From Rhodosorus marinus CCMP1338 (taxonomy: Eukaryota > Plantae > Rhodophyta), in assembly GCA_029953675.1 (NCBI GenBank), contig JAMWBK010000011.1:186001-250000 (forward strand): 64,000 nt of DNA, given 5' to 3'. The stretch's first letter is position 1, and the number at the start of each line of letters is the position of its first letter. Of the stretch, positions 36,679 to 49,591 are shown one piece after another. Position numbers and translations under genes: made by a program. A model generated the notes under the pieces. The model worked only from the letters and a program-made list of their open reading frames with translations, did not search any database and was not told where the DNA came from.

Positions 36679-38037
36679 ACTCCTGATTTGAGCAAATGTT
36701 TTAATGAATAATCCGATCCTTTAGAAACCAGAGCAATAATTAAGGAATATAGCCACTAGCTACGGATGAATGTTCTTTCTGGTGAACAACCAACACTCCA
36801 GTTCCACCGACAGCGCCCAGAGTTTGCTTTTGGAACTCCAATCGGCGATATTTTCTTGTAGCCGTCTCCGTGCTGACATCCACCCCCGCTTACCGTGGTG
36901 GCAAGCCGTTTTTGCGCGTTCTCGAGGCCCCACGACGCGCATGGTTTCTGTACCTGTCTTTGACGCACTTGAGGAATTATAGATACTTTGTGCGGATCGT
37001 AAGTAAGAGTTTGCTTTTTTTTGAGGTAGTGGTTTTTTGAGCTATCTAATGGAAAAAGTTTTTAATAAAGATAATGCGGGTGAAATGGTATGTACTGACA
37101 TTACTAATGTGAACAAATTTCATTCAGTGAATAAATTGGTTTAATTGGAGGCTGAAAGAAAAAAAGCCCGAGGGGAAAACAAAAGACTGAGCACAGCGAA
37201 GATCGCGCTCTTCCAACGTCAAAGCAGCGTTCATACGCCACAGCAAGAAACTTAAACCGGTAAACAACGAGGACAGACAGTCAGGGCGTTCGCGGAACAA
37301 TTCCCGAAGGCAACGAGTACCACGGATTCATTCAGTAATGTAGATGTTTCTAAATCATTTGGATGCCCAATTGTGCCGTTGCACGAACAGGTTTCGCGGC
37401 TGGTCTCGAATGCGCCGCTCGAGTACGAGCGCCGTCAGCTTCCGCAACGTCTCGGGAATCATGGTCCGTCGAAGCCTCGGGTGATCGGGTGTGCAGTCCT
37501 CTTTCAGCAGGCGGATTTTTTGCAGCTCGTTCTCATTGTGTTCGGGCCGTTTTCTTACACGATTTGAGAGTTTGGTTTGAGGTTGAGATGGGGTGGGGGG
37601 TATTACGATGACCACAAGCACAATTTATAGTAGAAAGTTGTTTGACAAAAGTATTTCTTCCAGAAACGGCGATACGTGAGGAGGGGGGGACTCGTGATGC
37701 TTCCATTGCGTGCGCGAGGAGGTATAGAGCGCGGGCTGTGCGTAGATTGGTGAAAAACGAGGACGCCACAAACCTGAAACGCTTGAGGTTGCCCTGACGA
37801 GGGAAGGGGATAACAACGAGAAACGTCAGACGAACGAACAATCCCGGGCAACGTACGAATACCGTAGTATTTTCAGTTGAGTGGGCTCCTCACCCTGCTG
37901 GTTCCGCTCATATGAGACAATGCATATATAGCACTGTCTCTTATGAGGTGTCGAAGGTATGAAGGGCAGTGTCTCACATAGGTGGTTCTACTATCATATG
38001 AGGTGTCAAAGATCTGAATAGGTTGGATGGGTGAGGC

Positions 38038-39171
38038 GTGGGAAAAATGGCTGCTTCTGGTTCTAGCAAGAAGGAAACGGCAATAGGACAAATGGATTCA
38101 CGAATTGGATTTCTGAATCCTACCTGCGTAAGTGCTAGTAGAGTGAATGGGGTTCGAACGAGAAAAGTGTCGGTTGGACATGCTCTGGTTCGCTTGGCTC
38201 GGTCGGTCGTTACTGAACCGGCGCAGCTGGTTGTAGACGAGGAGAGGTCCAAGTTTGTGCATGTAAATACTGGAGAGGCTGGAGGCGGAAGGATCAGGAC
38301 GCACTGTGCGGTCGCGGGGAAACCAGCGAAGAAGTCGGGAGAAGTGGACCTGCTCTTATTGCATGGTGCATTGGGTTCTACCTATTCATTCAAGCGGATT
38401 TTGGAACCGCTGTCCAGAACTGGCGGCGGTCAGTGTGTCGCATTTGACAGACCACCTTTCGGTTTAAGCTCACGACCTCGTGCGTTTTCCTGGGCCCTTG
38501 CTGGTGGTAGGGTAAACCCGTACTCCCTGGACTTCTGCGGGAGACATACAAAAGGAGTCATGGAGGAGTTTCAAATGGACAAAGTGGTTGCCGTAGGTCA
38601 TTCAATGGGCGCGTCCCTGGCTATTCAGATGGCTGTAAACAACCCTGGAAGAGTCAAGGCACTCGTGCTCATTGCCCCGGCGACAAGGCTTAGTCGTTCC
38701 AGAATCAGACTGCCAAATTTCGTGATGTTCCTTTCCAAAATTCCCATCATCGCTCCCGTTCTGTTCTTCATGGCAATGTGGAAGAAGGTAACCTGTCGCG
38801 CGTATTTTGAGAACTTGCTGGAGAGATACTACTTCGACAGCTCTAGGCTAGATTGCGATGATATTTTCTATGGGTACACGAGACCTATGCGGCACTCAGG
38901 CTGGGTGTGTGGAGCGGTAGAGATAGTCCGAGCAATGCGAGACTACGACTCGTCCGATGATGCACGGAGGCTTGACATTCCTGTCCTGATTCTTCGTGCT
39001 TCGCATGATAAAATTGTCAAGAGTTCTGAAGTAGAACACTTAAAAAAGTGTATTCCGCACGCTGAGTTTCGTACAATTTCGGACTGCGGGCACAATCCAC
39101 ATGAAGAAAAGCCAGATGTGCTAGTAGGAATGGTGGGTGACTGGCTGAAAAGAAATGGGGCAGTTCTGTAG
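38038..39171 (+). CDS. Alpha/beta hydrolase (copy 2)
   Basis: Intact ORF with the same catalytic motifs. First ATG is at 38047. Confidence 0.88.
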   Translation: MGKMAASGSSKKETAIGQMDSRIGFLNPTCVSASRVNGVRTRKVSVGHALVRLARSVVTEPAQLVVDEERSKFVHVNTGEAGGGRIRTHCAVAGKPAKKSGEVDLLLLHGALGSTYSFKRILEPLSRTGGGQCVAFDRPPFGLSSRPRAFSWALAGGRVNPYSLDFCGRHTKGVMEEFQMDKVVAVGHSMGASLAIQMAVNNPGRVKALVLIAPATRLSRSRIRLPNFVMFLSKIPIIAPVLFFMAMWKKVTCRAYFENLLERYYFDSSRLDCDDIFYGYTRPMRHSGWVCGAVEIVRAMRDYDSSDDARRLDIPVLILRASHDKIVKSSEVEHLKKCIPHAEFRTISDCGHNPHEEKPDVLVGMVGDWLKRNGAVL

Positions 39172-41435
39172 TTCCTTTCATCACCAAAGGTGATTTTGAA
39201 TCCGAGATTGTTGAGCACAGGGGCGTTTGACGAAATTTCACCAGCTGGTTGTCGTCGTGATTGTGCACGCCTAGTTTGTGAGCTTCACATGTTTGTTGAC
39301 GGCCAGGCTGAAGATGAAGGAACACGTTGCTCTCCGTTTTGCTGAGGAAGAACTGAAGACCGCCAGTCACGGCTGCGAATCCGACCTTGCTCCGATTTTC
39401 GTTTGGCATGGCTAGTGATTTGTGAGTTGTTATTTGGGTTCTCTCTATGGAGGATGGCCGTTGGACTCTGCTGGTCGCCGTTCACAGTTGATTAGTGTAA
39501 AGGATTATTGTGTGATCAAACAAAATATTTATACATATAAATAAAAATAAGAATGCAAATCTGCCGAAAGTCCATCGCAAGATCCCGCGAGCCCCGCGGT
39601 GCGGGCGGCTTAACACGTTGGTACGGGTAGGTGGCGAGCGAGTTAGGACCTACCCTGGGTCTAAGCGGGAGAAGCTTAATAGTTCCTTGACTTCAGATGC
39701 AATGTCGCAGCCCCTGGATTTGCAGGCTTACATAGAGGGGGAGGGCGTGGATTGGGGCAGTTAGAGGAGGCGATTTCGTAGTTGGCTTCGGAGGTGAATT
39801 ACGTCGGATGGGGTATGAGGTTGTTGATGGCATAGTCATGATGAGAGTCACTGTCAGGTTGTGGGATCTTCGAAGTGATTTGGATGAAGAGTCAGTCAGG
39901 GGAGAATTAATGAACAGTATGAGATCATGCGGCGTCTGATCATATGCTTAGAAGAGGTGAATATAGTTTTCTTCCTTCCATAGACGAAGCATAGAACATC
40001 GGGGGCAAAAAGTCGAATCCAACATTTTCTCGCCATTACCCTCGGCAAGAACTCTTCAGCAGGTCTATCCAGCCTTATCCAGCCTCCGCAAACCAGAGTT
40101 GCGGTAACACTAGGCTAAAGTATAGAAGGTTCCTAAAAGTTACACGGAGCCACTAAGTTCATTCTGCCCAACCTGAAACCGACTCTCATCACCGACAACC
40201 AAGCAATACCTCAGTTGCTGACTTGCACCGTGCTGCCTATAGTCCACTTTTGTTGCAGTTGATCTCCTCTCCCCATGAACACACACGCCCTGCGGAGCCT
40301 GAGGGATTGCATCAGGGCGTAATGGCTCACCACCGTTCCAAAATTTCCGCCACTTCACGCTCGCGGATTTTGAAGTGGCGCCCCTCTCTGTGCTTACCTG
40401 TTCTACCGCGGACTTCGTCCCATTCGCGATCTTCGCCGAGCAAGAAAAAGCCCAGATGGGCTTTTTCTTCCAGTCTCCGATCAACAAATTTATTCATAAA
40501 AACCCAACAGGAAAATAGTTTTCCAAATATTAACTCAAGAAGTAATAGTATTGGATAAAACAGGTATCTATTCGTAAATAGTTTCCTTGGTTTCTCAATA
40601 CGGCTCGAAAAATTCAGTAATACATTTTCAAGATAAGAATAAGTTAAAAAAACAGTGCACAAAAACTATTGGCTAATGAGTTGATATTTATCTCAATATA
40701 TATAGTTGGCCAGTTGCTACTGGGAGAAACAGATATATGTAGCTTGTTATGATTGGTTAGATAGTAATGAATTGATTAACAAATTGTAACGTATTGTATA
40801 TTGTCTTGAAGGGGAGTGTTCAAAGCCCTCACTAATCGGCTTTCTTCAGACTCTACCCCTTGCAGACGGGGAGAGGGCACGCGTCTGAATGTTTTCGTCG
40901 AACGCGCTAGCTTTGTCTGCCAAGGGCTACTATCATCAGGCCACCTTCTACCTGTTCGACTACCAAAATTCTTTCTGAACTCTGTTCTTGCACTCCTATC
41001 TACCTGCTGCATATGGAGGTTTACATCGGGTAGCCAAACCACCATCAAAACACCGCAGGGGATCAAAAACTACGACAGCAGCGCACTGGAAGTAATCGCT
41101 CGCTCTGAAGGTCGAGGCTATCACTTCCATAATCACTGTACCGGGTTTTCAGCGAACGCAGACAACCTACATTTCAGCAAAGTCGGATATCGAACTTGCC
41201 ATAAGTTGCACTGGACTCCTTTTTTTACAGAGAGCTGAGCTTTCCAAGCTCGCATCGACCGCAATCCCGACGACCGTTGATCTTTAAAGACAGTTACATA
41301 CGTGAACGAACATTAAAACCGCCCTATAGAGGCAAGAACAAATATTGGCACAATCGAGAGATTGAGACAGGAACACCACAAATCTTCGGTCTGCGCGAGC
41401 ATGCGCTCGGCTGCATATGGCACAGGCTGACTAGC

Positions 41436-42954
41436 TCATTCTACTTTTTCGATCCCAGGGGGATAGTAGAGGCCACTTGATATCTCCGATTCTGGTGCGT
41501 AGACACGGGTGAGAGTGTAGAACAATCCGTCTGGAGCTGGAAGCCAGTTCCAAGTTTCAGCGTTGAACGGTGGTCCCACTGGTTGCTCATAGCTCATTAC
41601 AAACTGATAGTTGCAATCCTCATCTGGAGTCGCATTTTGGATATTGTAGTAATAGATTTCCTCCGAGTTTTCGACAAACATGAAGTTGCTGGAGTTGTAC
41701 ATTGTGAGCGACCAATATCCAGTGGATTTGACGGGTACATTCCCGGGGATGGTCACTGTGTACATTCTGTTGTGCTTCGCGTTGAGTGGCTTCCCATCAG
41801 TAGATTTATCTCCTCCAAAGTAAACCGCGCCCCGGGCGCAGTTCTCAGCGATGTATGCGACCGCAACTAAGTCCCGAATCAGATACCCCAGGTTGTTGTT
41901 CGTGAACATAGTGCAGGGGTTCATGAAGATACTCGACGTATGATTTTGCGGGTTAAATATGATGCTGAGGCGTTGTTCGCATTTGAAATATACACTAAGC
42001 CAGCTGTTCCACATCTCAGCTACCTGGCCCAGAATATTCCTCTGCTTCTTCGTGATCCTTTTCGGTTGGAAGACGCCGTCTACATCGAACCCAATCTTCT
42101 GTGAGGCTTTGATTACATCCTCATTGATCACTCCGCCGACTTTTTACCGGTCAAGCTGTAACGCCTTTCATTGCGCCACGGTTTGTTCTCTTGCCATACA
42201 TCTGAGATAGTCACCCAGGGATACAAGCCAGATCCAACGTAATCACCCGCGTTCGACCCCGCTGGTTCCACTCAGGGACTACCCCGATAACCATTCGTTC
42301 GTTCGATGATGGAGGGTTGGTATCGGCGGAGGTTCAGACGTTTTCCCGTACGTTTGAAGAGTGAAACCCTCTGCACAATCCTCGGCGGCTTCAGTGTCGT
42401 CCGGTCCGTTCCATTGGACCATCAGCACAATCCACATGATCGGAGAACGAGTGAGCGTCGCCGTGGTGGAACACAACTGTCTGTTTGCCAGTTTCTCCGT
42501 TAGTGTATCCAGGAGCGGCAAATACTCCCTGATAATAGTGCATGCATTGAACATTGAAGAAACGCCCCTCGGTGTCCAGGATGTTGAGCTGTACCGGTCC
42601 GTCTTCCAGGTTGAGCCACGCTGTGCTGTAAACAACATCAACGTTCGGCGAAACAATGGAGGCATCGCTGGGATCCGCTGGTCCGCTGTGGGTAAACTGG
42701 TTCATAGGGTTTTAGTCTCCAGTGGTTTGGTTAGATCGAACCCACTGTGACTGGATTGCAGTCGTTCCCCACAGAAGCACCTTCATAGCATTTTCCATGA
42801 ACTCCTTATCACGGCTGGAGACTTCGCCGGCCTGGGTCATCCTCGCGGATACAGCATCCTCCAGTTCCTTACCGAGAAGCGGAAGTCCACTTACAACTGC
42901 AGCGCACAGTACCGTGCAGCAAGGAACTGCCTTATTCGTCCTAGTACTCTTCAT
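41436..42954 (-). pseudogene. Frameshifted DUF1254/DUF1214 paralogue
   Basis: Pieces 42712-42954, 42391-42705, 42279-42665 and 41436-42131 match the 511-aa protein in different frames, with internal deletions. Confidence 0.88.
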
Positions 42955-44189
42955 CTTCTCGTTACGTTTGATTTATGCTCTCTGTACAGGGTTCTCCTTC
43001 TCCTACAGGACTGGAGACGCGCCTAACTCCGCTTGTATACTCTTCTTATTGCTCTGGGATCAATAAACGAATTCCTGGCTCAGGTAAGTTTTGCGTAGAA
43101 CCAGCGCTTTTTAATGATTTGCGCTTTTGGATGAGTGCTAAGGAGCTGACACTACCATATTTTTCGGATGTCCATGTGTGACTCTCATAGTCGCGAGTCT
43201 CGGGTGATCTTAACGCATTGGGGGCGCCTAAAGTAAGCCAACACCAAAGTAAAGCCCTTGAACGAAGCGCCTTGTGGAATTTCATCCAGGTATGTTAGCT
43301 CGAAGGACGATCTGAGGGGTTCTAGCCGAAGGTTCTAGCCAAGGCTCTGGCAACGGATTCCAAACGTTTTTGCCTACGATGTTTTATTTTTCATCTATGG
43401 AAGGAGGAAAACACTACTCGTCTTTTCCAACTATTTTATGAGACGCGCAATGATAGTATAAAGCTGATCGTTTGTTTTTTCCTGACCGACGCAGGGTTCA
43501 AATAGCTGAGAAGTCCGGTGGGGCCCTTCTAAGTGCTAGGAGATCGTTCGTTCAACATTTAATGTTACGAAAGTTCTTTTCGCCTCCCTGTAAAAGATCA
43601 AGCTCAAGCCCGCGGGCGGAGCTGCCTATCGTGAGCGAGAGAAGAGAGGTGCTTGGGGCCGTATCGAAGGTCAGCGTAGCATCAGGAGTGCATGGGCAAA
43701 AGGGCGATCCTATTAAACTCCCTTACGCCTGCGATGCTGGGATTCATATATAATTTGATTGTATCCTGACAACATGGCGCTCAGCCCTCCATGAAGATGT
43801 GAAGCGTCCAGTGTATATAAACAAATTTCGAACTTGCGTGTTTTTGGCGCCTTTTGAAGTAGAAAGAAGTGTGATTCAGCCAAGTTTTGAGTCTATTCAC
43901 TTAGACCACCATTAAAGCGCCTACTAATCGCAACGGAGGCTTAACAGGCCTTTGAAATGTCTGTGGGATGTTCAAAGCTCACGGCTTGAATCTTCCTGAG
44001 ATCCTCAGCCCTTCATGCGTGCCGCCTCAATGCTTCCGTCTAAAATCAGATAATCCCAACTACAATAGATCCCGAGAGAAAACCTCGAATACGCATTGGA
44101 CGCCGTCTTTATGGACGAATCAGCGTCACATCATCGCGCTTACATATCCAGTACGCTGGCCCTCTTTGCTAAGAGAATCTGGAATCCAA

Positions 44190-44465
44190 CTGCCCTCGAC
44201 TGTTCGAATCTGGAAAAATCAAGCTTGGAGTGGCCCCATAAGTGTTTTACCGAACATCCTGAAGAATATCTGGTGCTCCCCCGCCATTTAAGTACCGCAC
44301 TCTGGCGGTAATTCTAGCAACATGCTCGCCGAGGCGCGCCACCGTCGCCTGGGCTTACATGCTCTTCTTCCTAGTCCCTAGTTTCCTTTTACGTCTTGTG
44401 TAGCGCATCAGGCTATGTTAGTAAAGTAGGTAAAACCAGTGCAGTAAAACCCAGTAAAACCACCA
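44190..44465 (+). mobile_element. Family B 3' fragment
   Basis: FTEHPEEYLVLPRHLSTALWR, 3' UTR and CAGTAAAACC-type tail repeats. Confidence 0.8.
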
Positions 44466-44634
44466 CCATTCGAATACCCAAACCCTTTCCTAGCTCTATG
44501 TTTGGACTCCTATATCTACACTGAAGCCCAGTCTCACTCGGATCGGAGCAACTCACCGACCCTGCAGTTTTCTTTGCTCCTTGTACCATCGGACCATCAG
44601 CCCACCAGCAGAACACGACGGGGCATAGAAAACT

Positions 44635-45024
44635 GGCTTTATTGGCAAAGCCTACAGCGCTACGCAAACCGTGAAAAGGAACTAAGAACTAGGTAGGGAA
44701 GCGTGCGAACCCAGGCGCCGATGGCGCGCCTCGGCAAGCATGCTGCTCGAATATCACCACCGAGAGACACTTAAGCGCCGCAAAAGTTCCAAGTATTCAA
44801 CAGGATGCTCAGTGAAACATTTCCGCAACCACTCCAAACCCGACTTCTCCACGTGACCAAAGCTTTCCACAATGAAAGGCTGGAACCGGTGGGAGCGACC
44901 CTCAGCGCGAGGCAGGCTGGCCATACTCTCAGCATACCGTCGTTCCTTCACGCGGCGAAGGGCCGAAGCAGCTGCTCCCCGGCGGCGGGCGGCAGCCGTC
45001 AGATGGGCCCTTGCCACAGGGCAT
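44635..45024 (-). mobile_element. Family B insertion with 12-bp TSD GCATAGAAAACT
   Basis: TSD at 44623-44634 and 45025-45036. An empty homologous site is at ~54255-54270. Confidence 0.88.
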
Positions 45025-45394
45025 GCATAGAAAACTAACTGCAGCCGGGCCCCGGAAGGACAGCGTGGAGCCGTATCGCTTGCTTTTAAAGGTCTTCAAT
45101 TCACTTTCGGAGATTCACGCGCGGTTTTTATCAGAATATGCACTGGACTCCATCTTTACGGAGGGTTGAGCGTCACTTCTCCGGATTGCGGATTACCATC
45201 AAAATTATATACGACCTTCAGCATCGTCACCCCACCTTTCAGGACCAGTCCGCGGCCACCCGCGTTTGCGAGCTTGCCTTGTTCCCAGCCAGATATATAC
45301 AAATTCATTCATCTATATATGTCAGCAGAAACCGGTAATGAAAAAAGCAAATAGTTTTTAGTTCTTTTATGGTCACTTGCTTGGAACTTATAAT

Positions 45395-45652
45395 GAATGA
45401 ATGGTTTAATCGGAGGCTGAAAAAAAAAAACCCCGAGGGGAAAAAAAGACTAAGCGCGGCGAAGTACTCGCGCCTCCAACATCAAAGCGGCATTCATGCG
45501 CCACATCAGGAAACTTAAGCGGGTAAACAACGATTGAAGACGGTCAGGGCGTTCGCGGAACAACTCCCGAAGCCAGCGAGAACCAACAGAGTCCATGAAC
45601 CCAAAGCACTCAATGATCAGGGGTACCAAGCGATGTGCTAGTGCCGAAGCAC
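45395..45652 (-). mobile_element. Family A 3' insertion, TSD GAACTYATAAT
   Basis: 45384-45394 and 45653-45663 differ at one base. The insert is near-identical to 9060-9320. Confidence 0.85.
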
Positions 45653-45844
45653 GAACTCATAATAGGGTTGTACCAAGTGGTGCTGTCTCCTATGAGCGCT
45701 GTTTTGATGTTGGATGGGCGCGATCTTTGCGCCCAGAAAAGACTCCGAGGGGGAAAACAGGCTACGCAACGCGTAGTCACTCAAGCAAAAAAAATAAAAA
45801 AAATTCATGCAATGATTGGAATTGTCAGCGAACTGGCATTCTAG

Positions 45845-46135
45845 AACGAGGCACTCGCTCCCACCGGTTCCAGTCTTTCATTGTGGAAAGCTTTGGTGAT
45901 GTGGATAAGTCGGGTTTAGAGTGGTTGCGGAAATGTTTCGCTGAGCATCCTACCGAGTACTTGGCGCTTTTACGGCGTTTGAGTGCCGCCCTGTGGCGAT
46001 GTTCTAGCAGCATGCTTGCCGAGGCCATCGGCGCCTGGGTTTGCACGATTCCCTCCCTAGTTCTTCGTTCCTTTTCACGCCTTGCGTAGCGCTTCAGACT
46101 ATGCTAATAAAGCCCAGTAAAGCCCAGAACAAGAC
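45845..46135 (+). mobile_element. Family B 3' fragment
   Basis: SHRFQSFIVESFGDVDKSGLEWLRKCF. Tail reads TAATAAAGCCCAGTAAAGCCCAG. Confidence 0.85.
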
Positions 46136-46259
46136 ACTTGCAAAATGTTCCATAATTAGCGATGAGTCTTGCTCAGGCAGATACCTATTTTCAAAAATTT
46201 TCTCGGATATGGAATGCATCCGTAGGCCGGGATGCCGCTCTCCAGTCTTACAAACATAG

Positions 46260-46830
46260 GCTGATGGGCCACCGCAAGACGTAAAAGGAAACTAGGGACT
46301 AGAGAGAAGATCATGCAAGCCCAGGCGGCGATGGCGTGCCTCGACGAGTATGTTGCTAGAATACCGCCAGTCAGGAATACATTTCCGCAGCCACTCCGAG
46401 CCGTATGTTTCAAGATGACTGAAGGTATCCACAACGAAAGGCTGGAACCTTCACAAGGGAGACTGGCCATTTTCTCTGCATATCGTCGTTCCTTCATTCG
46501 GCGAGGAACCGAAGCTGGTGTACCACGGAGTCGGGAGGCAGAGGAGAGACTAGTATCGGCACAAGGCAAGTGAACGCGGGATCCACAATCCGCATATGCT
46601 GAGCGTCTCGCGGCTGCGTTCGATACCAGAAGATCTGCAGTGCATCGAGGAGGCGAGATGGCGGAGGCTGATCTGGTCAGTGCCGATTCGACCTCGACCT
46701 TGTGGCCAAACCGGGTCAAAAGTTCGCTCAGAATGTACCCCAGACGGGCTTGACGTTTAGTACGACGATCTCTCAATAGCCCACACGAGCCCAGAAAGTG
46801 GTGTCGGCAAACCTTTGATACGACGCTCAC
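46260..46830 (-). mobile_element. Longer family B-like RLE fragment
   Basis: Knuckle remnant HFLGSC, then TADLLVSNAAARRSAYAD and MKERRYAE. Confidence 0.75.
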
Positions 46831-47679
46831 AGCCTTGGAAATAGGAAAGTCGATTAGATTGCCAAGAAACCTGTAGCCAATCCAGCGAGATCCGTGCAGC
46901 AGTCCAAAATTATCACATCACCGAGTCTCGTAAATTTCGCGCCAGACTCGCAAAAATGAATCCAAAATGCATCCAGCTTGTAAGGGCTCCCTGCGGGGCA
47001 GAAGTACACGCAGAATCCTGCCGAGAAGGGAAAGTGATCCCCCATCCGAAGTAATCCACCTCCGAAGCCAACTACGAAATCGCCTCCTCCAACTGCCCCA
47101 GTCCACGCCCTCCCTCTCTACGTAAGCCTGCAAATCCAGGGGCTGCGACATCGCATCCGAAGTCAAGGAACTAATATGCTTCTCCCCCTTAGACCCAGGG
47201 TCGGTCCTAACTCGCTCCCCACCTACCCGTACCAACGTGTTTAGCCGCCCGCACCGCGAGGCTCGAGGGATCTTGCGATGGACTTTTAGCAGATTTGCAT
47301 TCTCGTTTTTATTTATATGTATAAATATTTTGTTTGATCGCACAATAGTCCTTTACACAAATAAACTGTGAACGGCGACCAGCAGAGTCCAACGGCCATC
47401 CTCTATACAGAGAACCTAAATAACAACTCACAACTCACTAGCCATGCCAAACAAAATCAGAGAAAGGTCGGATTCGCAGCCGTGACTGGCGGTCTCCAGT
47501 TCTTCCTCAGCAGAACGGAGAGCAACGTGCCTTCACCTTCAGCCCAGTGGTCAACAAACATGTAAAGGTCACAAACTAGCCGCGTACAATCACGCTCGAC
47601 AACCAGCTGGTGAAATTTCGTCAACCGCCCCTTTGCTCAACAATCTCGGATTCAAAATCACCTTTGGTGATGAAAGGAA

Positions 47680-48810
47680 CTACAGAGCTGCCCCATTTTT
47701 TTTCAGCCAGTCATCCACCATTCCTATTAGCACATCTGGCTTTTCTTCATGTGGATTATGCCCGCAGTCCGAAATTGTACGAAACTCAGCGTGCGGAATA
47801 CACTTTTGTAAGTGTTCTACTTCAGGACGCTGGACAATTTTATCATGCGAAGCATTAAGAATCAGGACAGGAATGTCAAGCCTCCGTGCATCATCGGACG
47901 AGTCGTAGTCTCGCATTGCTCGGACTATCTCTACCGCTCCACGCACCCAGCCTGAGTGCCTCATAGGTCTCGTGTACCCATAGAAAATATCATCGCAATC
48001 TAGCCTAGAGCTGTCAAAGTAGTATCTCTCAAGCAAGTTCTCAAAAGACGCGCGACAGGTTGCCTTCTTCCACATTGCCATGAAGAACAGAACTGAAGCG
48101 ATGATGGGAATTTTGGAAAGGAACATCACGAAATTTGGCAGTCTGATTCTGGAACGACTAAGCATCGTCGCCGGGGCAATGAGCACGAGTGCCTTGACTC
48201 TTCCAGGGTTGTTTACAGCCATCTGAATAGCCAGGGACGCACCCATTGAATGTCCTACGGGAACCACTTTATCCATTTGAAACTCCTCCATGACTCCTTT
48301 TGCATGACTCCCGCAGAAGTCCAGGGAGTACGGGTTTACCCTACCACCAGCAAGTGCCCAGGAAAACGCACGAGGTCGTGAGCTTAAACCGAACGGAGGT
48401 CTGTCAAATGCGACACACTGACCGCCGCCAATTCTGGACAGCGGTTCCAAAATCCGCTTGAATGAATAGGTAGAGCCCAATGCACCATGCAATAAGAGCA
48501 GGTCCACTTCCCCCGACTTCCTCGCTGGTTTCCCCGCGACCGCACAGTGCGTCCTGATCCTTCCGCCTCCAGCCTCTCCGGTATTTACATGCACAAACTT
48601 GGACCTCTCCTCGTCTAAAACCAGCTGCGCCGGTTCAGTAACGACCGACCGTGCCAAGCGCATTAGAGCACGTCCAACTGACACTTTTCTCGTTCGTGCA
48701 CCATTCACTCTGCTAGCACTTACGCAGGTAGGATTCAGAAATCCAATTCGTGAATCCATTTGTCTTGTTTCTATTTCTTGCCAGAACCAGCAGTCAGCCC
48801 TCGTTCCCAC
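47680..48810 (-). CDS. Alpha/beta hydrolase (copy 3)
   Basis: Intact ORF with the same motifs. The track start is non-ATG, so the true 5' end is uncertain. Confidence 0.87.
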   Translation of the reverse strand: MGTRADCWFWQEIETRQMDSRIGFLNPTCVSASRVNGARTRKVSVGRALMRLARSVVTEPAQLVLDEERSKFVHVNTGEAGGGRIRTHCAVAGKPARKSGEVDLLLLHGALGSTYSFKRILEPLSRIGGGQCVAFDRPPFGLSSRPRAFSWALAGGRVNPYSLDFCGSHAKGVMEEFQMDKVVPVGHSMGASLAIQMAVNNPGRVKALVLIAPATMLSRSRIRLPNFVMFLSKIPIIASVLFFMAMWKKATCRASFENLLERYYFDSSRLDCDDIFYGYTRPMRHSGWVRGAVEIVRAMRDYDSSDDARRLDIPVLILNASHDKIVQRPEVEHLQKCIPHAEFRTISDCGHNPHEEKPDVLIGMVDDWLKKNGAAL

Positions 48811-49393
48811 GCCTCAACCATCCAACCTATTCAGACCTTTGACACCTCAAATGATAGTAAAACCACCTAATGTGAGACACTGCCATTTATACCTTCGACA
48901 CCTCATAAGAGACAATACTATATATGCATTGTCTCATGTGAGCGGAACCTTCAAGTTGAGGAGCCCACTCAACTGTAAATACTACGGTACTCGTAAGATG
49001 CCCGGAATGTTCGTTCTTCTGATATTTCTCTTAAAAAAAGTTGCTATCCCCTTCCCTCGTCAGGGCGAGCTCGAGCGTTTCAGGTTTACGGTGTCCTCGT
49101 TCTTCACCAATCACGCACAGGCCGCGCTCTATACCTCCTCGCGCACCCAATGGAAGTAACACTAGTCCCCCACCTTCACATATCGCCATTTCTAGAAGAA
49201 CACTTTTCTCAAACAATTTTCTACTATGGCTTCTGCTTGTGGTCATCGTAGTATCCCTCCCCCCACATCTCAACTCCAAACCAAACTCTCAATTCTTGTA
49301 AGAAAACGGCCCGAACACACGAGAACAAACTGCAAAAAAAAACCGCCTACTTCCAATCGCCTGATTTAGAAACATGTACATTACTGAACGAAT

Positions 49394-49591
49394 CCGTTGG
49401 TTCTCGTTGGCTTCGGGAATTGTTCCGCGAACGCCCTAACGGGTCTGTCCTCGTTGTTTACCCATTTAAGTTTCTTGCTGTGGCGTATGAACGCTGCTTT
49501 GATGTTGGAGGCGCTCGATCTTCACCGCGTTTAGTGTTTTTTATTCCGTAAGGGTTTTCTCCTTTCAGCCTGGGATTAAACCAATCCATTC
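49394..49591 (+). mobile_element. Family A 3' fragment, shared with the inverted arm (~37128-37325)
   Basis: Flanked by ACTGAACGAAT and ACTGAATGAAT. Confidence 0.8.

Larger units (their letters stand above)
36200..39830. repeat. Inverted segmental duplication arm, partner at ~47040-50000
   Basis: Hydrolase copy 2, its flanks, the A fragment at ~37128-37325 and the AT-rich module are the reverse complement of the partner region. Confidence 0.85.
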
